64,000 nucleotides of DNA from Eledone cirrhosa (Eukaryota), in assembly GCA_964016885.1 (NCBI GenBank), contig CAXHJY010001242.1:1-64000 (forward strand), written 5' to 3'. This document shows positions 1 to 13,463 of the stretch, piece after piece. The translations under genes were made by a program, and so were the position numbers. The stretch's first letter is position 1, and the number at the start of each line of letters is the position of its first letter. The notes beneath the pieces are model-generated. The model ran no database searches and was not told where the DNA came from. It saw nothing but the letters and a program-made list of their open reading frames with translations.

Positions 1-201
1 TGGTTGTGGAACCAGCCAACCAACCAGAAATTTATAAGTTTGTAGATTTGTAAATTTATAAATTTATAAATATATAAAAAATTGAAGTGAAAGCAACTGG
101 TGCGTGTGTTTCTTATTGGCAACATGACCCTCCCAAAGTATAACAATATCGGTTTCAACACACGATTTCAGATAAAGAATCTTGCTAACCAAATTCAGAA
201 A

Positions 202-246
<45 letters not shown>

Positions 247-365
247 GAAGGCGTGTGGCGGAGTGGTTAGGGTATTGGATTCGCAATCGTAGGGTTGTGA
301 GTTCGATTCCTGGACCAGGCGATGCGTTATGTCCTTGAGCAAGACACTTTATTTCACGTTGCTCC
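247..365 (+). mobile_element. tRNA-derived SINE head with start of a CORE-like domain (truncated)
   Basis: A-box-like tggcggagtggtt, B-box gagttcgattcc, followed by tgtccttgagcaagacactt (CORE-SINE-like motif). Confidence 0.8.
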
Positions 366-462
366 TTCTACCTGGAGTTGCGACCGATAGATAGTATTAG
401 CAATTGGAAAGACCAACGGAAACATTGTTCCCTCGGTCCGATTTGACGAAAGTCGATCGAAA

Positions 463-499
<37 letters not shown>

Positions 500-680
500 T
501 ATTGAAGTTTGCTTGAAGCATTGTGGAAGTTTGCTTGAAGTCGTTTGGAAGTCTCGACAATGCAAATGGGTAAATCTCCTGGTAACAAGATCCGGTGGTG
601 TAGAGAGAGATGTAAGTGGCGTGTATAAGACGTGTAGAGGAATGAAGGAAAGAGTATATATAATATATATATATATAAGA

Positions 681-908
681 AAGTGGTATCAGGTGGCGGT
701 AGATAAGGCGCAGAGCAGCCAAAATCCGGTGGTGAACCAAAAAACCTTAAGAAATAATGCTCCTATAATGTTGAGCACTTCAAAATGTAATATTGTACAG
801 CGGCACTGTCTTCAGTGTACAGCTATTACCAGCATATGATTAACTGACCTACTTGCCATTCGGATTTTGGCTGCTCTGCGCCTTATCTATCGCCACCTGA
901 TACCACTT
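681..908. repeat. Short inverted repeat (~52-bp arms, ~123-bp spacer)
   Basis: aagtggtatcaggtggcggtagataaggcgcagagcagccaaaatccg (681-728) is the near-exact reverse complement of cggattttggctgctctgcgccttatctatcgccacctgataccactt (861-908). Confidence 0.85.
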
Positions 909-1104
909 CCTTGTGGGGATGATTCCGATTCCGACAAAACTCTACGTATTATACTAAAACTTGTATTGTATTGACTGTATTCTCTACTCTATACCTCAGG
1001 ACGTTTTGTGAATCGCACTGAATTCGGAACCCGAACTTTACACAGAAACAAAATGGCGTAGGATAGAAGAAAGGAAAGGCACAGTAACAAAGAAAGGAAT
1101 CCCC

Positions 1105-1149
1105 AGTCACTGAAGAGGTTACAGAGTGTGTGACGAAAGGACTATGACT
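1105..1149 (+). ncRNA. Minimal type I hammerhead ribozyme (family 1)
   Basis: Stem I agtca/tgact; CTGAAGA core; stem II gttaca/tgtgac with one extra G; GAAA-ggac-TA minimal stem III and cleavage site. Confidence 0.65.
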
Positions 1150-1367
1150 ATATATAAACAACTCTCTGGTTGTGGGACCAGCCAACCAACCAGAAATTTA
1201 TAAGTTTGTAGATTTGTAAATTTATAAATTTATAAATATATAATAAATTGAAGTGAAAGCAACTGGTGCGTGTGTTTCTTATTGGCAACATGACCCTCCC
1301 AAAGTATAACAATATCGGTTTCAACACACGATTTCAGATAAAGAATCTTGCTAACCAAATTCAGAAA

Positions 1368-1420
<53 letters not shown>

Positions 1421-1539
1421 GAAGGCGTGTGGCGGAGTGGTTAGGGTATTGGATTCGCAATCGTAGGGTTGTGAGTTCGATTCCTGGACCAGGCGATGCG
1501 TTATGTCCTTGAGCAAGACACTTTATTTCACGTTGCTCC
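1421..1539 (+). mobile_element. tRNA-derived SINE head (duplicate of 247-365)
   Basis: Same A/B boxes and CORE-like motif. Confidence 0.8.
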
Positions 1540-1640
1540 TTCTACCTGGAGTTGCGACCGATAGATAGTATTAGCAATTGGAAAGACCAACGGAAACATT
1601 GTTCCCTCGGTCCGATTTGACGAAAGTCGATCGAAAAGAG

Positions 1641-1671
<31 letters not shown>

Positions 1672-1995
1672 TATTGAAGTTTGCTTGAAGCATTGTGGAA
1701 GTTTGCTTGAAGTCGTTTGGAAGTCTCGACAATGCAAATGGGTAAATCTCCTGGTAACAAGATCCGGTGGTGTAGAGAGAGATGTAAGTGGCGTGTATAA
1801 GACGTGTAGAGGAATGAAGGAAAGAGTATAAAGGATAAAATAAAAATAACACGAAAGAGAGTTACCTTGGGAGAGATTTAATTGGCCCTCTATATTTCGG
1901 ATTCACATCCATCAACTGGTGGTTTTTCCGGGGTGGGGAAAGGTTGTCTGTCGGAAAGGTGCGAAACGTGTCCTCCGCTGTTTGTTATTTTGAAT

Positions 1996-2057
<62 letters not shown>

Positions 2058-2147
2058 ATATATTATATATATATTATATATATATATATTATATATATAT
2101 ATATATATTATACATATATATATATATATATTATATATATATATATT

Positions 2148-2216
<69 letters not shown>

Positions 2217-2228
2217 ATATTATACATA

Positions 2229-2617
2229 TATGATATTAAATAAATGGAAACTATATTAATAAAACCATATTTATTTCGTTATATATATTTCAGGGATATC
2301 ATATTAACAATATGTTATGCCATTTTCAGACAAAATACAATATAAACAGTCTTATAAATAAATAGATACGACATTGTCGTATCAATGTCGTATCTATTTA
2401 TTTATAAGACTGTTTATATTGTATTTTGTCTGAAGATGGCATAACATATTGTTAATATGATATCCCTGAAATATATATAACGAAATAAATATGGTTTTAT
2501 AAATATAGTTTCCATTTATTTAATATCATAAATATACTCCAAATACTTGTTGAGTGCTTTTATATCAGTTATAAATATTTACTCGTTGTTAACCCAACAA
2601 TTTAAATATAACTTTCC
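2229..2617 (+). mobile_element. Non-coding PLE-type pLTR with 5' foldback (148-bp arms, 6-nt spacer), hammerhead family 2
   Basis: 2229-2376 is the reverse complement of 2383-2530. Both flanks are (TA)n. Homologous to 26413-28243. Confidence 0.75.
2422..2487 (+). ncRNA. Type I hammerhead ribozyme (family 2); the minus-strand copy at 2272-2337 has a mutated core (CTGAAAA)
   Basis: Stem I tattttgt/acgaaata; CTGAAGA; stem II containing catatt-gtt-aatatg; GAAA-tatata-TA palindromic stem III. Confidence 0.75.
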
Positions 2618-2638
2618 ATATATTATACATATATATAT

Positions 2639-2672
<34 letters not shown>

Positions 2673-2709
2673 ATATTAAACATATATATATTATATATAT
2701 ATATATTAT

Positions 2710-2754
<45 letters not shown>

Positions 2755-2893
2755 ATATTATACATATATCTATTATATATATATTATATATATATATATT
2801 ATACATATATCTATTATATATAAATATATATATATTATATATATATATATATATATTATACATATATATATTATATATATATATATATATATT

Positions 2894-2943
<50 letters not shown>

Positions 2944-3015
2944 CATATATATATTATATATATATATATATATTATACATATATATATTATATATATATA
3001 TATATATTATACATA

Positions 3016-3113
<98 letters not shown>

Positions 3114-3199
3114 GTATATATATATAATATATATATATATATATTATATATATATATACATATATATATTATATATATATATATAGTATATATATAGAG

Positions 3200-3253
<54 letters not shown>

Positions 3254-3381
3254 TATATACATATTATATATTATATATCTAAATATATATATCTAAATAT
3301 ATATATTATATATATATATATATAATACATATATATATATATATTATACATATATATATATATGTAAATATATTATACATA

Positions 3382-3478
<97 letters not shown>

Positions 3479-3854
3479 CCAACATCAGTATTTAGCGATA
3501 ATCATCATCTGTGCCTGACGTATCTGTCAGGTTGCCAGTCCAGCAGTTCTAAAGAAATGCTTAAACTGAATCAAAAATGAGGAAGTAAATTCCCGCCAAA
3601 AAAACAATACCTGCGCATGGCAATGAACTCTAAAAGCAATTCAGCCCACGGGCTAAGAACTCAATTGAAAATTGAAAAAATATCTATGTGTGTACAACAT
3701 TTGATGACACTATATATATATATATATATTATATATATATATATATTATATATATATATATATTATATATATATATATATATTATATATATATATATTAT
3801 ATATATATATATATTATATATATATATATATTATATATATATCATATATATATA

Positions 3855-3892
<38 letters not shown>

Positions 3893-3902
3893 CATATATA
3901 TA

Positions 3903-3944
<42 letters not shown>

Positions 3945-3961
3945 CATATATATATATATAT

Positions 3962-4034
<73 letters not shown>

Positions 4035-4242
4035 CATATATATATATATATTATATATATTTATATATATTATACATATATATATATATATATTATATAT
4101 ATTTATATATTATGCATATATATATCTATTATATATATATATATATTATATATAAATATATATATATATTATACATATATATATTATATATATATGTATA
4201 TATATATTATACATATATATATATATATATATATTATATATG

Positions 4243-4286
<44 letters not shown>

Positions 4287-4439
4287 ATAAATGCTCTGAA
4301 ATAGCGATATATATGTGAATATAGACATAGAATATTCGAAAATATTCTGTATGTTTATAATAAACATTTTGAAGACCTAATCGCTATAGAATAGAATACG
4401 TCACGTATTACAATTAGATTCTCGATAAAAGCAAGGGAA

Positions 4440-4482
4440 GTAATCTACGCGTTTCATTCTCGTTAGAAATCATCAGGACCAC
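4440..4482 (-). ncRNA. Minimal type I hammerhead ribozyme (family 3)
   Basis: Reverse complement: gtggtc CTGATGA tttct-aacg-agaat GAAA cgcg TA gattac. Stem I is extended by the perfect 16-bp pair attctcgataaaagca/tgcttttatcgagaat. Confidence 0.85.
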
Positions 4483-4749
4483 ATATCCAGTGCTTTTATC
4501 GAGAATGACACAGCTAGAGACTTATAGAATACTTGGCTGTGTACAGGAACTGGTTTGAAAGAGCGGTTGCCGGTCCGGCAGAAATTAGAAATTGGAATAA
4601 ATGCTCTGAAATAGCGATATATATGTGAATATAGACATAGAATATTCGAAAATATTCTGTATGTTTATAATAAACATTTTGAAGACCTAATCGCTATAGA
4701 ATAGAATACGTCACGTATTACAATTAGATTCTCGATAAAAGCAAGGGAA

Positions 4750-4792
4750 GTAATCTACGCGTTTCATTCTCGTTAGAAATCATCAGGACCAC
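4750..4792 (-). ncRNA. Minimal type I hammerhead ribozyme (family 3, second tandem copy)
   Basis: Identical to 4440-4482, 310 nt away. Confidence 0.85.
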
Positions 4793-4902
4793 ATATCCAG
4801 TGCTTTTATCGAGAATGACACAGCTAGAGACTTATAGAATACTTGGCTGTGTACAGGAACTGGTTTGAAAGAGCGGTTGCCGGTCCGGCAGAATTAGAAA
4901 TT

Positions 4903-4945
4903 GTGGTCCTGATGATTTCTAACAAGAATGAAACGCGTAGATTAC
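4903..4945 (+). ncRNA. Minimal type I hammerhead ribozyme (family 3, inverted copy)
   Basis: gtggtc CTGATGA tttct-aaca-agaat GAAA cgcg TA gattac. Confidence 0.85.
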
Positions 4946-5067
4946 TTCCCTTGCTTTTATCGAGAATCTAATTGTAATACGTGACGTATTCTATTCTATA
5001 GCGATTAGGTCTTCAAAATGTTTATTATAAACATACAGAATATTTTCGAATATTCTATGTCTATATT

Positions 5068-5133
<66 letters not shown>

Positions 5134-5144
5134 ATATATATATT

Positions 5145-5219
<75 letters not shown>

Positions 5220-5295
5220 ATATTATATATATATATATATTATATATTATATATTTATATATATATATATGTATAATATATATATATTATATATA

Positions 5296-5331
<36 letters not shown>

Positions 5332-5334
5332 TCT

Positions 5335-5366
<32 letters not shown>

Positions 5367-5368
5367 AG

Positions 5369-5461
<93 letters not shown>

Positions 5462-5673
5462 TATATATATATATATATATAAATATATATATTATATATA
5501 TATATATATATAATACATATATATATATATATTATAGAATGTAATTCGGATATCATGAAAAGAGAAGATGCATTCAAAAACTACTTTCGGTGAAAAATAT
5601 ACGGAAAACAGAGTCAAGATAAATTAATTAAATAATGAATAAACAAAGAAACAGTTCCTTATATTAAAAAAAT

Positions 5674-5815
5674 TCATCATTTTACGATCGTTTCTAGGAT
5701 ATATCTGTGTTAGAGTTGGTATGCATATTCTATAGATCTATGTTCAATATTTATACAAACTATCAGAGGGAATATACATACCTACACATATATATGCTGT
5801 CTTCAGAAATGATGA
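5674..5815 (-). ncRNA. Type I hammerhead with ~105-nt stem II (family 4, Naiad A inverted arm)
   Basis: Reverse complement: tcatcattt CTGAAGA [105 nt] GAAA cgatcg TA aaatgatga; perfect 9-bp stem I. Confidence 0.8.
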
Positions 5816-6534
5816 TATTTGTTTACTGAAAAAAACAAAGATTCAATACAATAGGTCTGTTTGGGAACAGGTTTTGAATTGACCAATAGAGAGATAGTGA
5901 GGGTCAAGATGGTAATATTGTAGTAGAAGAACCTTAAATTATGGGTAGAGGAAGGTAGATATCAGTTTTGGATGGAAAAGAATATTATGAATGAAGGATT
6001 ATTTTAGAGAAGAAATAGGTCTTATGCTGACCTCAGAAATAATTTTATTTGTTCATTGAATAAAACCAACCAAGATCTAATATATTCTGTCTGTTTGGTA
6101 AGAGGTTTAGAATTAACCAATAGAAAGTTAATAATTGGCCAAATGGTAAAATAGTAGTAATTGAAGCTTATTTTAGGGATGAAAATAGGTCAGGTGGTCA
6201 GTAAAAGGTATACAAGCAGTTGCTGTTATAAAATAGTAATGCCAATACAAATATCTAAGGTGACTAAAGTTTTACGATAAGAATGTTAGTGAAAAATACA
6301 TCTATGAAAAGATTATAAATTAATTTAACTGATTGGTATATTTATATTGATAAAATTACACTAAATACATATAGATATGATAAATAAGAGTTACATGCAG
6401 TTGAAAAATGTTGTTAAAGATGACGGGAAATTAAATGAATATAAAAATAATATTATATATATATACTAATATATATATATACATATATATACACATACAA
6501 GCACACATATACACACACATATATATATATATAT

Positions 6535-6637
<103 letters not shown>

Positions 6638-7060
6638 CATATACATGCATATATACATACATACATATATATATATACACACACACACATACACACTTAC
6701 ATATACATATAATTATTGAGGGGGATTAAATTTATTAGTGAGAAATAATAAATATATATAGTTTTCAAGGAACATAGAGTCATAATCTGAAGTTAAAGCA
6801 TTATATATGTTTACTTAATGGTATCAGTTTTAGGAAATGATAGTTGTAAGAAGGAAAGCAAAATTATGTAGTTCATCAGTAGTAGAATATTAATTATAGG
6901 TTACCTAAATTAAAAATAGTTTATATATTAATTTCTAAAGTGTATATTAATTAGGTTTATAATATTTAAAGCAGAATTATGTAGTTCATCAGTAGTAGAA
7001 TATTAATTATAGGTTAACTAAATTAAAAATAGTTCATATATTAATTTCTAAAGTGTATAT

Positions 7061-8818
7061 TAATTAGGTTTATAATATTTAAAGGTTTTCTCAGTTTATG
7101 ATCACACGATATTATTAATTCCTGTCGCTTATTTAATAGGATATCCTTAGATTTCATTATTTCAAAAGGTTCTTGGGAACATAATCTACATTCATATCTA
7201 CTATGTTGATAAGGGCTGGCCCTTTTGAGCACACTCCAGGTCAGGTCATAATCTATATTCCTCTTTCTATAACTATTAATTATTTCAGCTAGAGATGTTT
7301 TAAAACTATGTTTGTGGGTATTAAATCTTACCTTAAATTTGTTAGAGGTAGCTCCTATATATGAATAAATTGAGTCCTTAGTGTTAACTTTACATTTATA
7401 TACTCTGTTATTAACAAGGCAATTTCCTTTTAATGCACAGTTTGACTTGTTTCTACAGTTACAATTTTTCGTGAATCCTGTATCTGAGGAGATATTATGG
7501 TTAGTTTGATGTACTGGTAGTATACTCATGCTTTTTTTACATTTATATGCATTATAGGCACTTATATTTTGTTTTATGTTTTTGGTTGTTGAGTAGGAGA
7601 ATTTAACCGTTGATCTATTACAAATTTGATGGTATTTGTGGTTTGGCGGGAAGTTTTTCTCTAGGATATTAAAGAATTTTTTAGGTATATTATCCTTAAT
7701 TTGTAAATTAAATGGAGCATTATACCAAGTAACTCGTCTATTACGGTTTCGATGTTGTTTATTGTTTTTATAGGGTGCATCCTGATGTTTCTTAAGAGAA
7801 TTATTGTTAATGACCTCACCACACACATTTCTAGTTAGATATATTGATTTAGGTGTTTTAGCTTGTTTATTAGGAGTTTTACTATTAACATTTATTAGAG
7901 TTGTAGGATGAGTAGTTTTTTGAGAGTTACTATACTGTATATTAGAATAGTTAGAGAAATTTGGTTTTATGTTGCTGTTTTGGAGTATAATGTGAGTGGC
8001 ATTTAGGTGTGTATGTTTCATTTGGTGTTTGTTGGTAATATTAGGTTGTATGTTTGTAGTGTTATTGGTAGAAGGTATATATACTAACCTATTGTTGTGA
8101 CCACTTCTATCTAGAGCTTCGTTATAAAAGGTGGCATTTTTATCAAATACATCTTGGTTAGACGAAAGGTTAGAAATTCTAAGTGATATATTATATGCAA
8201 GGTTTTTAAGGATAGATTTAGGGTGATTAGATTGTGAGTGTATGTAGTGTAAATTTTGGTTGGGTTTATGGTAAGGTTGGTAGATACCCGTAGATAAGTC
8301 TAATGTTATATCTAGGAAATTAACTACTTTACTTGTGTTTTCAAATGTAATATCTAGACTATAATAGTCTTTAAGGAAAGTTCTAATAGGCTTTTTATTT
8401 TTTCTGTCTCTGAGAGGCTAAGATTATTGGAAAGAAGAAGACAGTCGTCACGATATAAACCACCTTTAAGGTGGGGAAAGGAAGCATTTATGTTAAAAAG
8501 AAGAAAGAGGCCCACAAGATCAGTAATTTGGGCAGAATCGCTTGAGCCCATAGTAATATCGAATAGATTACTATATGTGTTTCTGGTCCAATATTCATTC
8601 GGAAATTCCTATAGTGTTAGTCTAGCATGTGTAATAATATTAATGTCATCCAAAGTTAAGTTAGATCTATTTTTAGCAAATATCAAGACTTTGTTCAGGA
8701 GTATAGGTGATATAGAAGAATAATAATTATCTATATCAAATTGTAGAAATGAAGCAGAGGATTTATTTCTAATATTAATAAAACAGTTAATTACCTGGGA
8801 TGTGTTTTCCCAGAGTGG
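7061..8818 (-). pseudogene. Inverted, 5'-truncated copy of PLE A ORF (RT C-terminal half + GIY-YIG)
   Basis: ORFs 8354-8551 (MGSSDSAQITDLVG...LYRDD) and 7041-8021 (CNCRNKSNCALKGNC, YIG, CRLC). Confidence 0.9.
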
Positions 8819-8934
8819 TTCTCCTACTACTATATTACTATCTTGACCCTCACCCTCTCTTTATTGGTTAATTCAAAACCTGTTCCCAAACAGACTTATT
8901 GTATTGAATCTTTGTTTTTTTCAATAAACAAATA

Positions 8935-9076
8935 TCATTATTTCTGAAGACAGCATATATATGTGTAGGTATGTATATTCCCTCTGATAGTTTGTATAAA
9001 TACTGTACATAGATCTATAGAATATGCATACCAACTCTATCACATATATATCCTAGAAACGATCGTAGAATGATGA
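8935..9076 (+). ncRNA. Type I hammerhead with 105-nt stem II (family 4, A 5' pLTR)
   Basis: tcattattt CTGAAGA ... atatatatgtg/cacatatatat and ggtatgtatattc/gaatatgcatacc helices ... GAAA cgatcg TA gaatgatga. Confidence 0.8.
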
Positions 9077-9414
9077 ATTTTTTTAATATAAGGAACTGTT
9101 TCTTTGTTTATTCATTATTTTATTAATTTATCTTGACTCTGTTTTCCGTTTATTTTTCATCGAAAGTAGTTTTTGAATATATCTTCACTTTTCATGATAT
9201 CCGGATTACAATGAGTTCTTCATACGGATTGGACACTGCCGTAAACTTTTGGTAGATTTATCTAAATACTTTGCTCCTATTTTCATGGGGATATTCTTAT
9301 TTTTATATTTTATGTGTATATATATTTATATATATATATACATATAAGTGTATAACCTTATAACTCCATATATAAATAATTGAGCTCTTTATCTTGTCCA
9401 TTATCCATATCACA

Positions 9415-11870
9415 ATGAAAAAACAATAATTGGGAACATCTTTAATGAATATACCATTACCTTCTAAGGATGATTTCTTACTTCTTATGATACAAAAAAA
9501 CAACCAATTTATCAGAAGAGTCAGATGGAGGGCCTACCACTTCGATAAAAAAACAAAATGTACTGATAGGAAATATTTGTATGATTTCACTACATATAAA
9601 AATCCACCACACAACTCCTTACTTGAAAACTTTGATAAAGACCTTTTTAATTTAATCAAACACCTCAAATTTAAGAGGTATAAATCTAATTTTCAAAAGG
9701 ACCTTGATTCTACTCTATTGGACCTAAAAAATCTAAAAATATCCATGTTCACTCGGACAAAACTGGAAATCTATATCACATGGATATTGAAAATTACAAT
9801 GAGTTCATATATAAAGAACTCAGGAAAAATTATAGAAAAACAAACAATGCGTCACTTACCAACATCAACAACAAAACACACAGCATAGTGAATAGACTTA
9901 ATATTGAAGATAGAACTGATGCTCTGGCATTGAAAAGACCACACTTCAACCTGAAAGATCATAAATCTAACTTTAACTATAATCCTTCTATAAGGCTTAT
10001 ATGCCCTTCCAAATCTGATATTGGAATAATTAGTAAAAACATTTTAGATAGAGTCATCCCACAACTAAGAAAACATGTTAATTTACCACTCTGGGAAAAC
10101 ACATCCCAGGTAATTAACTGGTTTAATAATATTAGAAATAAATCCTCTGCTTCATTTCTACAATTTGATATAGATAATTATTATTCTTCTATATCACCTA
10201 TTCTCCTGAACAAAGTCTTGATATTTGCTAAAAATAGATCTAACTTAACTTTGGATGACATTAATATTATTACACATGCTAGACTAACACTATTAGAATT
10301 TCAGAATGAATACTGGACCAGAAACAGATATAGTAATCTATTCGATATTACTATGGGCTCAAGCGATTCTGCCCAAATTACTGATCTTGTGGGCCTCTTT
10401 CTTCTTTTTAACATAAATGCTTCCTTTCCCCACCTTAAAGGTGGTTTATATCGTGACGTCTGTCTTCTTCTTTTCAATAACCTTAGCCTCTCAGAGATAG
10501 AAAAAATAAAAAGCTTATTAGAACTATCCCTAAAGACTATTATAGTCTAGATATTACATTTGAAAACACAAGTAAAGTAGTTAATTTCCTAGATATAACA
10601 TTAGACTTATCTACGTGTATCTACCAACCTTACCATAAACCCAACCAAAATTTACACTACATACACTCACAATCTAATCACCCTAAATCTATCCTTAAAA
10701 ACCTTGCATATAATATATCACTTAGAATTTCTAACCTTTCGTCTAACCAAGATGTATTTGATAAAAATGCGACCTTTTATAACGAAGCTCTAGCTAGAAG
10801 TGGCCACAAAAATAGATTAGTATATATACCTTCTACCAATAACACTACAAACATACAACCTAATATTAACAACAAACACCAAATGAAACATACACACCTA
10901 AATGCCACTCACACTATACTCCAAAACACCAACATAAAACCAAATTTCTCTAACTCTTCTAATATAGAGTATAGTAACTCTCAAAAAACTACTCATCCTA
11001 CAACTCTAATAAATGTTAATAGTAAAACTCCTAATAAACAATCTAAAACACCTAAATCAATATATCTAACTAAAAATGTGTGTGGTGAGGTCATTAACAA
11101 TAATTCTCTTAATAAACATCAGGATGCATCCTATAAAAACAATAAACAACATCGAAACCGTAATAGACGAGTTAGTTGGTATAATGCTCCATTTAATTTA
11201 CAAATTAAGGATAATATACCTAAAAAATTCTTTAATATCCTAGAGAAAAACTTCCCGCCAAACCACAAATACCATCAAATTTTTAATAGATCAACGGTTA
11301 AATTCTCCTACTCAACAACCAAAAACATAAAACAAAATATAAGTGCCTATAATGCATATAAATGATAAAAAAAAAACCATGAGTATACTACCAGTACATC
11401 AAACTAACCATAATATCTCCTCAGATACAGGATTCACGAAAAGTTGTAACTGTAGAAACAAGGCAAACTGTCCATTAAAAGGAAATTGCCTTGTTAATAA
11501 CATAGTATATAAATGTAAAGTTAACATTAAGGACTCAATTTATTCATATATAGGAGCTACCTCTAACATATTTAAGGTAAGATTTAATACCCACAAACAT
11601 AGTTTTTAAAATGCCGCACTAGCTAATACAACATCTCTAGCAGAAATAATTAATAGTTATAGAAAGAGGAATATAGATAATGACCTGACCTGGAGTGTGC
11701 TCAAAAGGGCCACCCCTTATCAAAATAGTAGATATGAATGTAGATTATGTTCCCAAGAACTTTTTGAAATAATGAAATCTAAGGATATCCTATTAAATAA
11801 GCGACAGGAATTAATAATATCGTGTAATCATAAACTGAGAAAAACCTTTAAATATTATAAACCTAATTAA
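9415..11870 (+). pseudogene. PLE A RT-GIY-YIG ORF disrupted by stops and frameshifts
   Basis: Fragments 9430-9888, 9780-10550, 10883-11365 and 11343-11609 are collinear with the intact ORF of B. The catalytic YRDD is mutated to YRDV. Confidence 0.92.
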
Positions 11871-12289
11871 TATAGACTTTAGAAATTAATATATAAACTA
11901 TTTTTAATTTAGTTAACCTATAATTAATATTCTACTACTGATGAACTATATAATTCTGCTTTAAATATTATAAACCTAATTAATATACACTTTAGAAATT
12001 AATATATAAACTATTTTTAATTTAGGTAACCTATAATTAATATTCTACTACTGATGAACTACATAATTTTGCTTTCTTTCTTACAACTATTTCCTAAAAC
12101 TGATACCATTAAGTAAACATATATAATGCTTTAACTTCAGGTTATGACTCTATGTTCCTTGAAAACTATATATATTTATTATTTCTCACTAATAAATTTA
12201 ATTCCCCCCCCCCAATAATTATATGTATATGTAGGTGTGTATGTGTGTGTATATATATATGTATGTATATATGCATGCATATGTATATA

Positions 12290-12409
<120 letters not shown>

Positions 12410-12857
12410 GTCTGTATATGTGTGTATGTATGTGTATATATATGTATATATATATATTATTTTTATATTCTTTTAATTTCCCCTCATCTTTAACAGCACT
12501 TTTCAACTGCATCTAACTCATATTTATCATATCTATATGTATTAGTATAATTTTATCAATTTAAATATACCCATCAATTAAATTAATTTATATTCTTTTC
12601 ATAGATGTATTTTTTTCACTAACATTCTTATCGTAAAACTTTAGTCACCTTAGATATTTGTATTGGCATTACTATTTTATAACAGCAACTGCTTGTATAC
12701 CTTTTACTGACCACCTGACCTATTTTCACCCCTGAATTAAGCTTCAATTACTACTATTTTACCATTTGGCCAATTATTAACTTTCTATTGGTTAATTCTA
12801 AACTTCTTACCAAACAGACAGAATATATTGAATTTTTGTTTTTTTCAATAAACAATA

Positions 12858-13000
12858 TCATTATTTCTGAAGACAGCATATATATGTGTAGGTATGTATA
12901 TTCCCTCTGATAGTTTGTATAAATACTGTACATAGATCTATAGAATATGCTTACCAACTCTATCACATATATATCCTAGAAACGATCGTAAAATTGATGA
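12858..13000 (+). ncRNA. Type I hammerhead with long stem II (family 4, A 3' pLTR)
   Basis: Same motif as 8935-9076 with a 1-nt bulge in stem I. Confidence 0.75.
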
Positions 13001-13184
13001 ATTTTTTTAATATAAGGAACTGTTTCTTTGTTTATTCATTATTTAATTAATTTATCTTGACTCTGTTTTCCGTTTATTTTTCACCGGAAGTAGTTTTTGA
13101 ATAAATCTTCTCTTTTCATGATATCCGGATGACATTGAGTTCTTCATACGGATTGGACACTACCGTAAAGTTTTGGAAGATTTA

Positions 13185-13219
<35 letters not shown>

Positions 13220-13308
13220 CATATATTATATATATATTATATATATATATATATATAAAATATTAAACAAATAATGAACAAACAATTCCTTATATTAAAC
13301 AAAAAAAG

Positions 13309-13463
13309 TTCACTATTTAACGATCGTTTCTAGGGTATATATGTGTTATAATTGGTATGCATATTTAACAGATCTATGTACAAAATTATACAAAATTATA
13401 CAAATTATCAAGATTAAATATACATACCTAACTCATATATACGCCGTCTTCAGAAATAATGAA
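13309..13463 (-). ncRNA. Type I hammerhead with 116-nt stem II (family 4, B inverted arm)
   Basis: Reverse complement of 22519-22673. Confidence 0.78.

Larger units (their letters stand above)
1..1830. repeat. Near-identical direct duplication (1-658 repeated at 1167-1830) of a mosaic block containing TA tracts and a SINE head
   Basis: tggttgtgg..ccagccaaccaaccagaaattt through ...gaatgaaggaaagagtata occurs twice. Differences are mainly TA-run length. The first copy runs off the window start. Confidence 0.9.
4281..5072 (-). mobile_element. Retrozyme-like non-coding element: two exact 310-bp tandem units (4281-4590, 4591-4900) plus a ~170-bp inverted partial copy (4902-5072)
   Basis: Direct repeat starting attggaataaatgctctg at 4281 and 4591. 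Each unit carries one hammerhead. (TA)n on both flanks. Confidence 0.8.

Noticed and set aside
1880-1980. Possible hammerhead remnants (minus ggat-gtga-atcc GAAA tata; plus gcgaaacgtgtc)
   Set aside because: The CTGANGA box is absent; too degenerate to call.
10495-10515. Programmed -1 frameshift at the shared A-run in PLE A
   Set aside because: No X XXY YYZ heptamer in the zero frame, and element B reads through in one frame.
11930-12075. ctgatga motifs in PLE A 3' UTR subrepeats as hammerheads
   Set aside because: No stem II followed by GAAA and no stem I partner.
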